The translations under genes and the position numbers were made by a program. DNA of 64,000 nt from contig JABDAM010000001.1 in the NCBI GenBank assembly GCA_013289145.1, positions 4,466 through 68,465 on the forward strand. Direction: 5' to 3'. The stretch comes from Alphaproteobacteria bacterium. Lineage in GTDB: Bacteria > Pseudomonadota > Alphaproteobacteria > UBA11073. The notes below the pieces were generated by a model. It was given only the letters and a program-made list of their open reading frames with translations. It was not told where the DNA came from and did not search any database. Shown piece after piece: positions 53,766 to 64,000 of the stretch (positions within the stretch are counted from its first letter, which is position 1; the number at the start of each line of letters is the position of its first letter).

Positions 53766-53873
53766 CCTAATTCTCCTGCTAAATGTTAGCTGGCCGAATT
53801 ATAGCGATTCCTTTCATTCCAACAAGACAATCAGACATTGAAACCCGCCGCAAAATACCCATATATCACCCTT

Positions 53874-56753
53874 ATGACCCAGAAAAATATCATCGTCCGC
53901 GGCGCTCGGGAACATAACCTGAAGAATATCAACGTGGAGATTCCGCGCGACCAGTTGGTGGTGATCACAGGCCTGTCGGGCAGCGGCAAATCCTCGCTGG
54001 CCTTTGACACGATTTATGCCGAGGGGCAGCGGCGTTATGTGGAAAGCCTCTCCGCCTATGCGCGTCAGTTTTTGGAAATGCAGCAAAAGCCCGACGTGGA
54101 TCTGATCGAAGGCCTGTCGCCCGCCATTTCCATTGAACAAAAAACGACGAGCAAAAATCCACGCTCCACCGTCGGGACGGTGACGGAAATTTACGATTAC
54201 CTGCGCCTGTTATACGCGCGCATCGGCGTGCCCTATTCCCCCGCCACCGGCCTGCCGATTGAAAGCCAGACGTCAACGCAAATGGTTGACCGTATCGCGG
54301 GCATGAAGGCGGGCTCGCGCCTGTTGATCCTCGCCCCGATCGTGCGCGGGCGAAAAGGCGAATATAAAAAGGAAATTGACGCCCTGAAACGCCAGGGTTT
54401 TCAGCGCGTGCGCGTGGACGGCAAAGTTTATGAAATCGCCGAAGCCCCCACGCTCGATAAAAAATTCAAACATGATATCGATGTCGTGGTGGACCGCGTC
54501 GTGTTGGGCGATGACCTCGGCAACCGCCTGGCGGATTCCGTCGAAACCGCACTGCGTTTGTCCGAAGGATTATTGATCGTCCAGGACGCAGACACGAATG
54601 AAGAACAATTGCTGTCCAGCAAATTCGCCTGCCCCGTTTCCGGTTTCACCATCGCGGAAATCGAACCGCGGTTGTTTTCATTCAACTCCCCCCACGGTGC
54701 TTGCCCGGAATGCGGCGGCCTCGGCACCTACGAAGAATTCATCGAAGATTTGGTTATTCCGGATGAAACATTATCGCTCGCGGGCGGTGCGATTCTGCCT
54801 TGGGCGACGGCGAGCACGGGCACGAGCGCGTGGTACATCGGATTATTGGAAACTTTGGCGCGCCATTACAAACAAAGCATGAATAAACCCTGGAAAGATT
54901 TGGACAAAACTTTCCGCCACGAATTGTTGCACGGTTCATCCGAAATCATTCACATCAAATACGCCGACGGCTGGTTCAACTACAACCAAAAGAAAAAATG
55001 GGAAGGCGTCCTGCCCAACATGCGCCGCAAATGGCGCGAGACCGACAAAGAAAACCTGCGCGAAGAATACGCGCGTTTCATGCGCCTGAACCCCTGCCCC
55101 GCATGCCACGGTTACCGTTTGAAACCCGAAGCCTTGGCCGTAAAAATCCACGGCAAACACATCGGCCAAGCCACCGAAATGGCCATCCGCGACGCCGCGC
55201 CATGGTTTGCGGCGTTGCCGAAACATTTATCGAAACGCGATAATGAAATCGCGGTGCGGGTGCTGAAAGAAATTAATGACCGCCTTGGCTTCCTCGTCAA
55301 TGTCGGCCTCGAATACCTAACATTATCACGCGCAGCGGGAACATTATCGGGCGGAGAATCTCAACGCATCCGCCTCGCCTCCCAAATCGGCTCGGGTTTG
55401 ACAGGCGTATTATATGTGTTGGATGAACCATCGATCGGTCTGCATCAACGCGACAACGACCGCCTCCTCGGCACGCTGAAACGCTTGCGCGATCTCGGCA
55501 ACACCGTCCTCGTTGTCGAACACGACGAAGACGCCATCCGTCAGGCCGATTACGTCATCGACATGGGCCCTGGCGCGGGTTCGCAAGGCGGTCAAATTAT
55601 TGCTCAAGGCACGCCCGAACAATTGTTGAAATCTAAAAATTCCATCACGGCGCAATATCTGCGCGGTGAAAAACACATCGCCGTGCCGCGCACGCGCCGC
55701 GCGGGCCAAGGCGACAAAAAAATCACCGTCTACGGCGCGCATGAAAATAATTTGCAAAACGTCACGGCGGAATTTCCGCTGGGCAAATTCATTTGCGTCA
55801 CGGGCGTATCCGGCGGCGGAAAATCGACGCTCGTTATTGAAACACTCTACAAAGCCGCCGCGAAAGCATTGATGCGTGCCTACGACCCGCCCGCCGCGCA
55901 TGAAAAAATCACCGGCTTGACCCACGTTGATAAAGTCATCGACATCGACCAATCCCCAATCGGCCGCACGCCGCGCTCGAACCCCGCGACCTATACCGGC
56001 GCGTTCGATCCCATCCGCACCTGGTTCGCGGGACTGCCGGAGAGCAAGGCGCGCGGTTATCAGCCCGGACGCTTTTCCTTCAACGTCGCGGGCGGGCGCT
56101 GTGAAGCCTGCCAGGGCGACGGCGTGAAAAAAATCGAAATGCATTTCCTGCCGGACGTGTTCGTCACCTGCGATCAGTGCAACGGCAAACGATATAACCG
56201 CGAAACGCTGGAAGTTTTATACAAAGGCAAATCCATCGCGGATGTGCTCGACATGACCGTCGACGACGGCGCGGAGTTTTTCAAAAACGTCCCGACGATT
56301 TTCAACAAACTCGAAATGCTGCAACAAGTCGGCCTGGGCTACATCCACGTCGGTCAGCAAGCCACAACGTTATCGGGCGGTGAAGCGCAGCGCATTAAAC
56401 TCTCCAAGGAACTTTCCAAACGCGCGACGGGCCGCACGCTCTACATCCTCGACGAACCCACCACCGGACTACATTTCGAAGACATCAAAAAACTCCTCGA
56501 AGTCCTCCACCGCCTCGTCGACCAAGGCAATACGATTATCGTCATCGAACATAACCTCGAAGTCATCAAAACCGCGGACTGGATCCTAGACCTCGGCCCC
56601 GAAGGCGGCGACGGCGGCGGTTACATCGTCGCGTCAGGCACGCCAGAAGAAGTTGCGGAAGTCAAAAACAGCTACACCGCGAAATACCTGAAACCCTATT
56701 TGCAAAACCAAGCCGCGCTGGAAAACGCACCGAAAAAACGTAAACGCGCCTAG
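53874..56753 (+). CDS. uvrA: Excinuclease ABC subunit A
   Basis: Two ABC modules ([22 protein letters not shown]), zinc-finger Cys pairs, LSGGE signatures. ATG at 53874. Confidence 0.95.
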   Translation: MTQKNIIVRGAREHNLKNINVEIPRDQLVVITGLSGSGKSSLAFDTIYAEGQRRYVESLSAYARQFLEMQQKPDVDLIEGLSPAISIEQKTTSKNPRSTVGTVTEIYDYLRLLYARIGVPYSPATGLPIESQTSTQMVDRIAGMKAGSRLLILAPIVRGRKGEYKKEIDALKRQGFQRVRVDGKVYEIAEAPTLDKKFKHDIDVVVDRVVLGDDLGNRLADSVETALRLSEGLLIVQDADTNEEQLLSSKFACPVSGFTIAEIEPRLFSFNSPHGACPECGGLGTYEEFIEDLVIPDETLSLAGGAILPWATASTGTSAWYIGLLETLARHYKQSMNKPWKDLDKTFRHELLHGSSEIIHIKYADGWFNYNQKKKWEGVLPNMRRKWRETDKENLREEYARFMRLNPCPACHGYRLKPEALAVKIHGKHIGQATEMAIRDAAPWFAALPKHLSKRDNEIAVRVLKEINDRLGFLVNVGLEYLTLSRAAGTLSGGESQRIRLASQIGSGLTGVLYVLDEPSIGLHQRDNDRLLGTLKRLRDLGNTVLVVEHDEDAIRQADYVIDMGPGAGSQGGQIIAQGTPEQLLKSKNSITAQYLRGEKHIAVPRTRRAGQGDKKITVYGAHENNLQNVTAEFPLGKFICVTGVSGGGKSTLVIETLYKAAAKALMRAYDPPAAHEKITGLTHVDKVIDIDQSPIGRTPRSNPATYTGAFDPIRTWFAGLPESKARGYQPGRFSFNVAGGRCEACQGDGVKKIEMHFLPDVFVTCDQCNGKRYNRETLEVLYKGKSIADVLDMTVDDGAEFFKNVPTIFNKLEMLQQVGLGYIHVGQQATTLSGGEAQRIKLSKELSKRATGRTLYILDEPTTGLHFEDIKKLLEVLHRLVDQGNTIIVIEHNLEVIKTADWILDLGPEGGDGGGYIVASGTPEEVAEVKNSYTAKYLKPYLQNQAALENAPKKRKRA

Positions 56754-56780
56754 GCGCAAATTTACGCGCCGCAACCGGAA

Positions 56781-57695
56781 TTAAGGCGCCAGCGCAAGCC
56801 TGATATGATTGATAGGCCCCAAACGGCCGCGCTTATCACCCTTTGCCAAATATATCTTATTCATCTTTATCATCTCGTCCATTTTCGATGAAATCGCTTT
56901 CACGGAAGCGGCATCCAAAAGCGCGGGATACAAATTATTCTTCATTTTATCCAGCTGCCACACAATCTCCGATGAACCAGGCCGGTCAACAACCATCTGA
57001 ACATATTCCCGAATTTGCCCAGGGTCGAATGCATGCAACAAATCTTTCTTTTTCACGGCCGCGCCAAGTAATTCCGCATAACCTAAAATGCCGGTGGCAT
57101 TTTTTTGACTATCTGCCGCATCCTGACACATGGCAAAAAGCCTATCAGCCGCCACGCGAATTTGATCCGGTTTAATCATAGCGAGCAACCGCTTCCGCTT
57201 GCTTGCCTGGGACGCTAAGTCCGCCAAAAGTTCGGCCCCCGTATCGCCCAAAGACGGCAGTTGCTTTGCCACATGCTCAACATGGTTTGGCAAAATGCAT
57301 TTAAACAAATCTTTGCGGCGGCCGCATCCGGACATTAATCTGACAAAACAATTGTAATTGACCTTAGTGTCAAATTCCGTATTTTCGCGGTCCAAAGCCT
57401 GCGCGATCAAGCCATTGGCGGCTTCCTCTATATCATCAGGCCTTATCCATTCATCATAACCGTAATAAGCTTCCAGCATCGTGGGGCCTTGTGCCTCGCT
57501 CAGCCTGGAAATCATTAGCGCAAAGGGTTGCCATGCCTCTGTTTTATAAAAAATGTCCAATGCGGCCTCAACGTCCTTGATATCGACGAGCACCGACCTT
57601 CTTTCATCCGACTCTATTTTCAACCACGGCGCCCCTGTAAACTGAAGGATTTGCTCAGTGGCGGGAGCGCGGAAAGTCGGACAAGAGGCAGGCAT
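56781..57695 (-). CDS. Hypothetical protein (304 aa), lower G+C. Candidate effector.
   Basis: ORF only. Downstream of the kinase-like gene on the same strand. Confidence 0.45.
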   Translation of the reverse strand: MPASCPTFRAPATEQILQFTGAPWLKIESDERRSVLVDIKDVEAALDIFYKTEAWQPFALMISRLSEAQGPTMLEAYYGYDEWIRPDDIEEAANGLIAQALDRENTEFDTKVNYNCFVRLMSGCGRRKDLFKCILPNHVEHVAKQLPSLGDTGAELLADLASQASKRKRLLAMIKPDQIRVAADRLFAMCQDAADSQKNATGILGYAELLGAAVKKKDLLHAFDPGQIREYVQMVVDRPGSSEIVWQLDKMKNNLYPALLDAASVKAISSKMDEMIKMNKIYLAKGDKRGRLGPINHIRLALAP

Positions 57696-57814
57696 TTAGA
57701 ATCCTATAATTGTTGATATGAAGTTAATTGGTACAATCCGGATTTAGCATAGATTGACGATCAAGAACAACAGGATTTTTGATGCAATAAACCCTACCCA
57801 TCAAACGCATATAA

Positions 57815-58702
57815 TTATGCGGTTAGCTCCACTTTATATTTCGGCTGTTTTCCAGCGGGCACACGCATATTCCATTTGAGAATAGAGTTCAAAGAACTCT
57901 CTGAATCGAACTTTTTATCCCACCCGGCGTCGCTTATAAATTTGCGCGCCGCACTGCCATCCGTAATCTCCAATCTGCGGGTTTTTTTACTATATGGGCT
58001 GAAAGCCCCTCCGTCACTTACGCGAAACGCCTCGACGGGCTCAATCCCATTGGCAGGATTCCAATATTGAATAAAAGTATCCGCAACGCCTACGATGCCT
58101 GGAATATTGTCAAAATAAGGCTGGCGTTTATCCGTGACATGATTTTCAGGCAACAAAAAAAGCACGCGTTCGTTTTCCGGCATATCGGTCTTGCGATTTT
58201 CAGCCTTATTGCGCTCCAGGCAAATATCAACGGGTGCTGAAAAACCGGCGATAGTTACCGTATAACCTTTGCTTTTGGCTTCTTCAAATAATTTTAATGC
58301 AAACGGCGAGGCTGCCGTGCCGACAGCGATTAAATCATAACCTTCGTCCAAAGCGCGTTTATTGGCGTTGATGGAAATCCAATTGGACGCATTGCGCCAT
58401 TTTTCATAGGCATATTCAAAACCGCGCTCCGCCAAATCACGCTGATATCCGGGAATGGCGCACAAACAATTATCATTCACATCCACTAAAACCGCGTTGG
58501 GATTTTCACGTGCCAGCTGACGCGCATAACGCGATTTACCGGCACCAGGCACACCGCCAGTGCCGATAAATTTTTTATGCACTGATGGGCGCTTTCCCTT
58601 AAATAATTTTTCTAAAACGTCCCGAACTTCGGAAATCTCTGCGCGTGTTAAACCGTCAAAATTATCTTTTTGACTAACGAAAAGATTGTTTGGATTAGTC
58701 AT
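57815..58702 (-). CDS. P-loop kinase-like protein, zeta-toxin / AAA-type (Walker A GTGGVPGAGKS)
   Basis: Walker A motif followed by a hydrophobic strand and Asp (VLVDVND), reminiscent of zeta-toxin/UNAG-kinase-like phosphotransferases. About 110-aa C-terminal extension. Confidence 0.55.
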   Translation of the reverse strand: MTNPNNLFVSQKDNFDGLTRAEISEVRDVLEKLFKGKRPSVHKKFIGTGGVPGAGKSRYARQLARENPNAVLVDVNDNCLCAIPGYQRDLAERGFEYAYEKWRNASNWISINANKRALDEGYDLIAVGTAASPFALKLFEEAKSKGYTVTIAGFSAPVDICLERNKAENRKTDMPENERVLFLLPENHVTDKRQPYFDNIPGIVGVADTFIQYWNPANGIEPVEAFRVSDGGAFSPYSKKTRRLEITDGSAARKFISDAGWDKKFDSESSLNSILKWNMRVPAGKQPKYKVELTA

Positions 58703-58764
58703 TAAAATATCTCCCTCTTGGATAGTAGCAACATTATATGACGGTTATTTTACAAATACAAACT

Positions 58765-59088
58765 TTAATTGCTTTTCTTATCATAAATCACCACCTCATC
58801 CGGCTGCGTATAATTCAATGTCCGCCGTGCCTGTTCGTCCAGCAGATCAGGATCAATACTGCCCGACCGCATGTGGGTGACGCGGTTTTCCAGCGCGTCA
58901 TGTTCGGCCTTTACGCCGTCCAGTTTGGTTTGCGTCGACTGAATTTGCGCCTCCAGCCGCATCATGCGCAGCAGGGAACGGTCGCCAAAGAACGTATAAA
59001 ACGCAAAATACCCCACCAGCAGCGAAGCCAACAACGGCACCACCACCGCAGACCGCAACCGAACCCCTATGGCTGAACGTGAGAGCAT
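58765..59088 (-). CDS. ftsB: Septum formation initiator (FtsB/DivIC family)
   Basis: N-terminal TM, coiled coil (RLEAQIQSTQTKLDGVKAEHDALENRV). Conserved position upstream of eno. Confidence 0.7.
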   Translation of the reverse strand: MLSRSAIGVRLRSAVVVPLLASLLVGYFAFYTFFGDRSLLRMMRLEAQIQSTQTKLDGVKAEHDALENRVTHMRSGSIDPDLLDEQARRTLNYTQPDEVVIYDKKSN

Positions 59089-59278
59089 GATTTTATCAGG
59101 TTCTGATAAAAAAATGATTCCGTCAATCGCCGCCGTCAGATTTCATTAACCACGTAAATGCATCTCCGGAGCCGGGGCAGCCTCCGCCACCCGCGCCGGG
59201 GCGGCATTCAGCCCGCGCAAATTCTTTATCCTCAACTTTTCTTGATAGACTTCCCCGACCGGCCTTCCCAAGCCTCGC

Positions 59279-60622
<1,344 letters not shown>

Positions 60623-60726
60623 TTAAAGGAACGGCGCCGGATCAAGCCGATAGCCGTTATTTATCTTTATATTTTCAGCACCAGCCATGAATCGTTTTTT
60701 GATACCACCCTTCTTATATTTATAAA

Positions 60727-61080
60727 ATGCATGCAATTGCCGCCTTTTTTGCCGGATTAGGACAGAATTTTTTAGGGTTATTGCACAGCATAAGTTTGGG
60801 CATCGGCACATTTATTTTTATTTGCGCTGTGATATTTATGATTTTGATCCCCGAAATCATGCCGCCCGCACCGCAAAACACGCCGGCCGATAAAAACGAT
60901 AGGCGATTATTGCGATTGTTATCCATGAACGTATTATCAAATGCCAAGAAAAAGCCCGCTCCGGCTGTGCAGGTTAATGTCGCGCATCCAGAGGATAATC
61001 AGCCTTTGATTCAAGTTGCAGATGGCACGGATGTTCATACGAATCCGGATATGCCGCAGGAAGAGCAAAGAACAGATTGA
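60727..61080 (+). CDS. Small hypothetical membrane protein (117 aa)
   Basis: Hydrophobic segment LGIGTFIFICAVIFMILIP. ORF only. Confidence 0.35.
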   Translation: MHAIAAFFAGLGQNFLGLLHSISLGIGTFIFICAVIFMILIPEIMPPAPQNTPADKNDRRLLRLLSMNVLSNAKKKPAPAVQVNVAHPEDNQPLIQVADGTDVHTNPDMPQEEQRTD

Positions 61081-61234
61081 AATAGTGAAAATAAACTTAG
61101 CCGTAAACAGGCTGGACCAGTCCACCTTCGCTACGCTACGGCGCGACAGCTTTCTTATCTTTAGCCGAAATGGCGGAACCTAGAACACTGGCTTGCCGAG
61201 CCGAAGTTTTTGTTCGCAAAACAAAAACGAAGGC

Positions 61235-61309
61235 TGGTGGGCGGCGAGGGGATCGAACCCCCGACCCTTTCGGTGTAAACGAAACGCTCTACCGCTGAGC
61301 TAGCCGCCC
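61235..61309 (-). tRNA. tRNA-Val (anticodon TAC), CCA encoded
   Basis: Reverse complement is GGGCGGCTAGCTCAGCGGTAGAGCG...tttcgtttTACaccgaaa...GGTTCGATCC...GCCGCCCACCA. Confidence 0.9.
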
Positions 61310-61388
61310 ACTTTTTGGCCTTAGGGGGCGTGTTTTAAGCGATATAGGCAAACAAAGTCAATGACTAAAAAGAATTGGCCCAAAAGAA

Positions 61389-62201
61389 CTAATGCATCGC
61401 GGTGGCGGGTTGCCTGTGCGCGGCGGCATGGTTCAGGCTTTCCGTCATTGCGACAACATCCGTATGCTGCAATTTGCCGCTGTGATCGATGTCTTTCAGA
61501 ATATTGTCCAATACCTCAGCCTTGCCGGCGCCCAGCATTTTTTTAACCTCGGCGTAATTTTTATGCTTCATTTCATCCTGCACTTTGTCCCAGTACATCT
61601 GGCTCGCCAGGCCCCAGCGCGGCCCCAATTCTTTATAATGTTTTTCCAGCGTCGGTTGATCAGGAATGCGCGGCGGCTGGATGTCTTCGGCTTTCGTCAT
61701 TTCATTCTTGGGTGGATTAAACGTCAATGTGGTCTGCACAGTCGATAAGCCTTCTTTAACCGGCGCGCCTTGCAGCTTTGGAACCGTTTTAACCGGCGGC
61801 GTATTGGGGGGTGTCGTGAATTCCGGTTCAAGCAAAAGATCAATCGGCAGCGAAGCTGGCGCCGGATTGTTATTATCTACAATGCTTTTGAATTGATCTA
61901 CATTCTGGCTGATGACTTGCATCAATTCCGGGTTTTCTTTGATAAAATTTGCCGCCAGTTCCTGATACTTATCCGGCTCTATTTGCCTGCCCTTAACATG
62001 CATAGGCGTATTAGCCTCACCATGCCCCAAAGCCTTGACAAAGAGACGTGGATCCTGGTGGAGGCTTTTTAAATAAACCGCCAGCTGCACATAATGCGGG
62101 CCTTCTTTTTGATTATTAAATTCGCCGGTCCAGTCGGCGTCCATCCGCGTGAACAGCTTCGCAATATTCTCATTTAACTCTGCGGGGGTAAAGCTTGGCA
62201 T
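61389..62201 (-). CDS. Hypothetical protein with a Pro-rich central linker (about 270 aa), lower G+C
   Basis: ATG at 62199-62201 with an AGAGG RBS. Central segment PEFTTPPNTPPVKTVPKLQGAPV. Confidence 0.45.
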   Translation of the reverse strand: MPSFTPAELNENIAKLFTRMDADWTGEFNNQKEGPHYVQLAVYLKSLHQDPRLFVKALGHGEANTPMHVKGRQIEPDKYQELAANFIKENPELMQVISQNVDQFKSIVDNNNPAPASLPIDLLLEPEFTTPPNTPPVKTVPKLQGAPVKEGLSTVQTTLTFNPPKNEMTKAEDIQPPRIPDQPTLEKHYKELGPRWGLASQMYWDKVQDEMKHKNYAEVKKMLGAGKAEVLDNILKDIDHSGKLQHTDVVAMTESLNHAAAHRQPATAMH

Positions 62202-62328
62202 AAAAACCTCTAAGAACATTCCACCACATCGGGTTTAAATTTCCGTAAAGAATAGATAGAATTATCGATAAATTGTTGCTGTAACCTTTTGTCTCAGCCG
62301 CGCGAATAAAACAGCAGGAGAGCCAATC

Positions 62329-63006
62329 ATGGAAAAATCAAAATCCGGTTTTATCGCCAAGGCATTGGGCCTGGCGGGCGCTGCCACGGTGGCTTGCGGC
62401 ATCGGCAGCGCGCAGGCGATGTCCCTGCCCGCCCCAACCGTGGATGAAACGCAAGCGCAGCACGCCAGCGCGCAATCCATCGTCCTGGCGGGCGGTTGTT
62501 TTTGGGGTATTCAGGCCGTGTTTCAGCATTTGCGCGGCGTGCAAAGCGCCGTATCCGGTTACGCGGGCGGCACGGCGGAAACCGCCAATTACCGCGCCGT
62601 TTCAACGCGCATGACCGGACACGCGGAATCGGTTCAGGTCACCTATGATCCGTCACAGATCACATTAGGCAAAATTTTACAGGTATTTTTCAGTGTTGCG
62701 CATAATCCGACGGAACTCGACCGCCAGGGGCCGGATACCGGCCCGGAATACCGTTCGGCGATTTTTTATTCGTCGCCCGAACAAAAAGCGATCGCGGAAA
62801 AATACATCGCGCAATTGGATGCGGCGCGTGCATTTGATGCGCCCATTGTGACAAAACTTGAACCCCTGGAAACGTTTTATAAGGCCGAGGATTACCACCA
62901 GGATTATGCGCGATTAAATCCGCTCAACCCTTATATCATGATCAACGATGCGCCAAAGGTTCGCGCGTTGAAAAGTGAGTTTCCGGATTTATATACTGAA
63001 AAATAA
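62329..63006 (+). CDS. msrA: Peptide methionine sulfoxide reductase MsrA with an N-terminal signal peptide
   Basis: GGCFWG active-site motif, preceded by a signal-like AGAATVACGIGSAQA. Confidence 0.9.
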   Translation: MEKSKSGFIAKALGLAGAATVACGIGSAQAMSLPAPTVDETQAQHASAQSIVLAGGCFWGIQAVFQHLRGVQSAVSGYAGGTAETANYRAVSTRMTGHAESVQVTYDPSQITLGKILQVFFSVAHNPTELDRQGPDTGPEYRSAIFYSSPEQKAIAEKYIAQLDAARAFDAPIVTKLEPLETFYKAEDYHQDYARLNPLNPYIMINDAPKVRALKSEFPDLYTEK

Positions 63007-63040
63007 ATCCCCCCCTCCAGGGGGAGGAAAAGATTATTTT
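63007..63040. terminator. Possible bidirectional terminator between convergent msrA and the SPFH gene
   Basis: cctcc-aggg-ggagg hairpin followed by aaaag...attatttttt. Confidence 0.35.
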
Positions 63041-63966
63041 TTAGCAAAACTCTCCCGCGCCAGTTCCGCCACACCTGCGATGGAACCGATAACGCCGGAT
63101 GCCTCCAGCGGCATCATGATGATTTTCTGGTTAGGCGCGGAGGCGATGGCTTTCAATGCCTCCACATATTTCTGGCCGATGAAATAATTCAACGCGTTAA
63201 CATTGCCGCCCGCAATCGCGGCGGAAACAACCTGCGTTGCCTTGGCCTCCGCATCAGCGCTGCGTTCACGCGCTTCGGCATCGCGGAATGCGGCCTCGCG
63301 GCGGCCTTCGGCATCCAGAATGGCGGATTGCTTGCCGCCTTCGGCGCGCAAAATAGCGCCTTGTTTTTCGCCTTCGGCCTGTAAAATTTCTGCGCGTTTG
63401 TCGCGCTCCGCCTTCATCTGCCGCCCCATGGCGTCGATGATATCTTTGGGCGGCGACAGATCTTTGATTTCAATCCGCGTAACCTTCACGCCCCACGGGC
63501 TGGTCGCCGCATCCACCACCTGCAACAAACGTTCATTGATGAAATCACGTTTCGATAGCACTTCGTCCAAATCCATCGAGCCAATCACGGTGCGCAAATT
63601 CGTCTGCGCCAGATTGATGATGGCGTATTTCAAATTCTGCACTTCATAAGCCGCCTGGGCTGCATTAATGACCTGATAATAAACCACGCCGTCCGCAGTG
63701 ACCTGTGTGTTATCGCGCGTGATCACTTGCTGCGACGGCACATCCAGCACGATTTCCTGCATCGAGATTTTATAAGTCACCCGCTCCACAAACGGCGTCA
63801 GAAACGCAAGGCCTGGCTGCAGGGTTTTGGTATATTTCCCGAACTGTTCAACCAGCCAGTTTTGACCTTGCGGCACCGTTTTGATGCTGGCGAAAGCCAG
63901 ATACAGCGCAAAAACCAATAGAATAACGATTACCGTTTCAAAGCCCATAATGCCCTCCCCAATCAC
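63034..63966 (-). CDS. SPFH/band-7 (stomatin/HflKC-like) membrane protein
   Basis: N-terminal TM then SPFH core (VPQGQNWLVEQFGKY...TRDNTQVTADGVVYYQV) and a C-terminal Ala/Glu coiled coil. Confidence 0.85.
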   Translation of the reverse strand: MIGEGIMGFETVIVILLVFALYLAFASIKTVPQGQNWLVEQFGKYTKTLQPGLAFLTPFVERVTYKISMQEIVLDVPSQQVITRDNTQVTADGVVYYQVINAAQAAYEVQNLKYAIINLAQTNLRTVIGSMDLDEVLSKRDFINERLLQVVDAATSPWGVKVTRIEIKDLSPPKDIIDAMGRQMKAERDKRAEILQAEGEKQGAILRAEGGKQSAILDAEGRREAAFRDAEARERSADAEAKATQVVSAAIAGGNVNALNYFIGQKYVEALKAIASAPNQKIIMMPLEASGVIGSIAGVAELARESFAKK

Positions 63967-64000
63967 GTTGGCGCGATTCTAACCGGATGCAACAGCATGT

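Noticed and set aside
53766-53873. LexA box upstream of uvrA
   Set aside because: No GTTC-N7-GTTC (or CTGT-N8-ACAG) motif found. Only a GAAT-N7-ATTC palindrome, which does not fit the alphaproteobacterial operator.
59089-59278. Hairpin ttatcag-gtt-ctgataa plus A7 between ftsB and eno considered as a terminator
   Set aside because: On the plus strand the hairpin is followed by an A-run. On the minus strand the T-run precedes it. So it is not a canonical intrinsic terminator for either gene. More likely it is part of the ftsB promoter/leader.

Overview
This window reads as a chromosomal segment of a high-G+C alphaproteobacterium-like genome. Supporting signs are an ALAS-type hemA, a GTTC-N7-GTTC SOS box and Tat/Dyp, HppA and MaeB-type genes.

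One strand from 2.0 to 20.5 kb is an almost gap-free run of 17 cofactor-biosynthesis genes. In order of transcription they are pdxT, a wrbA-like gene, hemH, hemA (ALAS), hemC with a C-terminal extension, hemB, hemE, hemN, hemY, nadE, thiF-rhodanese, a TPP riboswitch, thiC, thiO, thiS, thiG and a thiD-thiE fusion.

The rest is core housekeeping: pdxS, rlmB, sodB, lipB, maeB, a NUDIX gene, hppA, coaD, gyrA, ssb, nadC, nadA, uvrA, ftsB, eno, msrA and an SPFH gene, plus three tRNAs (Tyr-GTA, Leu-GAG, Val-TAC).

Scattered between these conserved genes are more than a dozen visibly lower-G+C ORFan genes:
- an ankyrin/coiled-coil protein wedged between pdxS and pdxT;
- a coiled-coil protein with an Asn/Asp/Gly-rich tail encoded by hexanucleotide repeats;
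- proteins with bilobed hydrophobic domains;
- a zeta-toxin-like P-loop kinase;
- tandem 'MFFRR' small membrane-protein paralogs;
- two tandem about 700-aa polytopic membrane-protein paralogs.

This mosaic suggests a host-associated, possibly intracellular, organism carrying an undescribed effector-like gene repertoire. I see no CRISPR array, IS element, integrase or rRNA in the window. All functional calls come from motif recognition on the supplied translations. No database search was run, and G+C differences are judged by eye.
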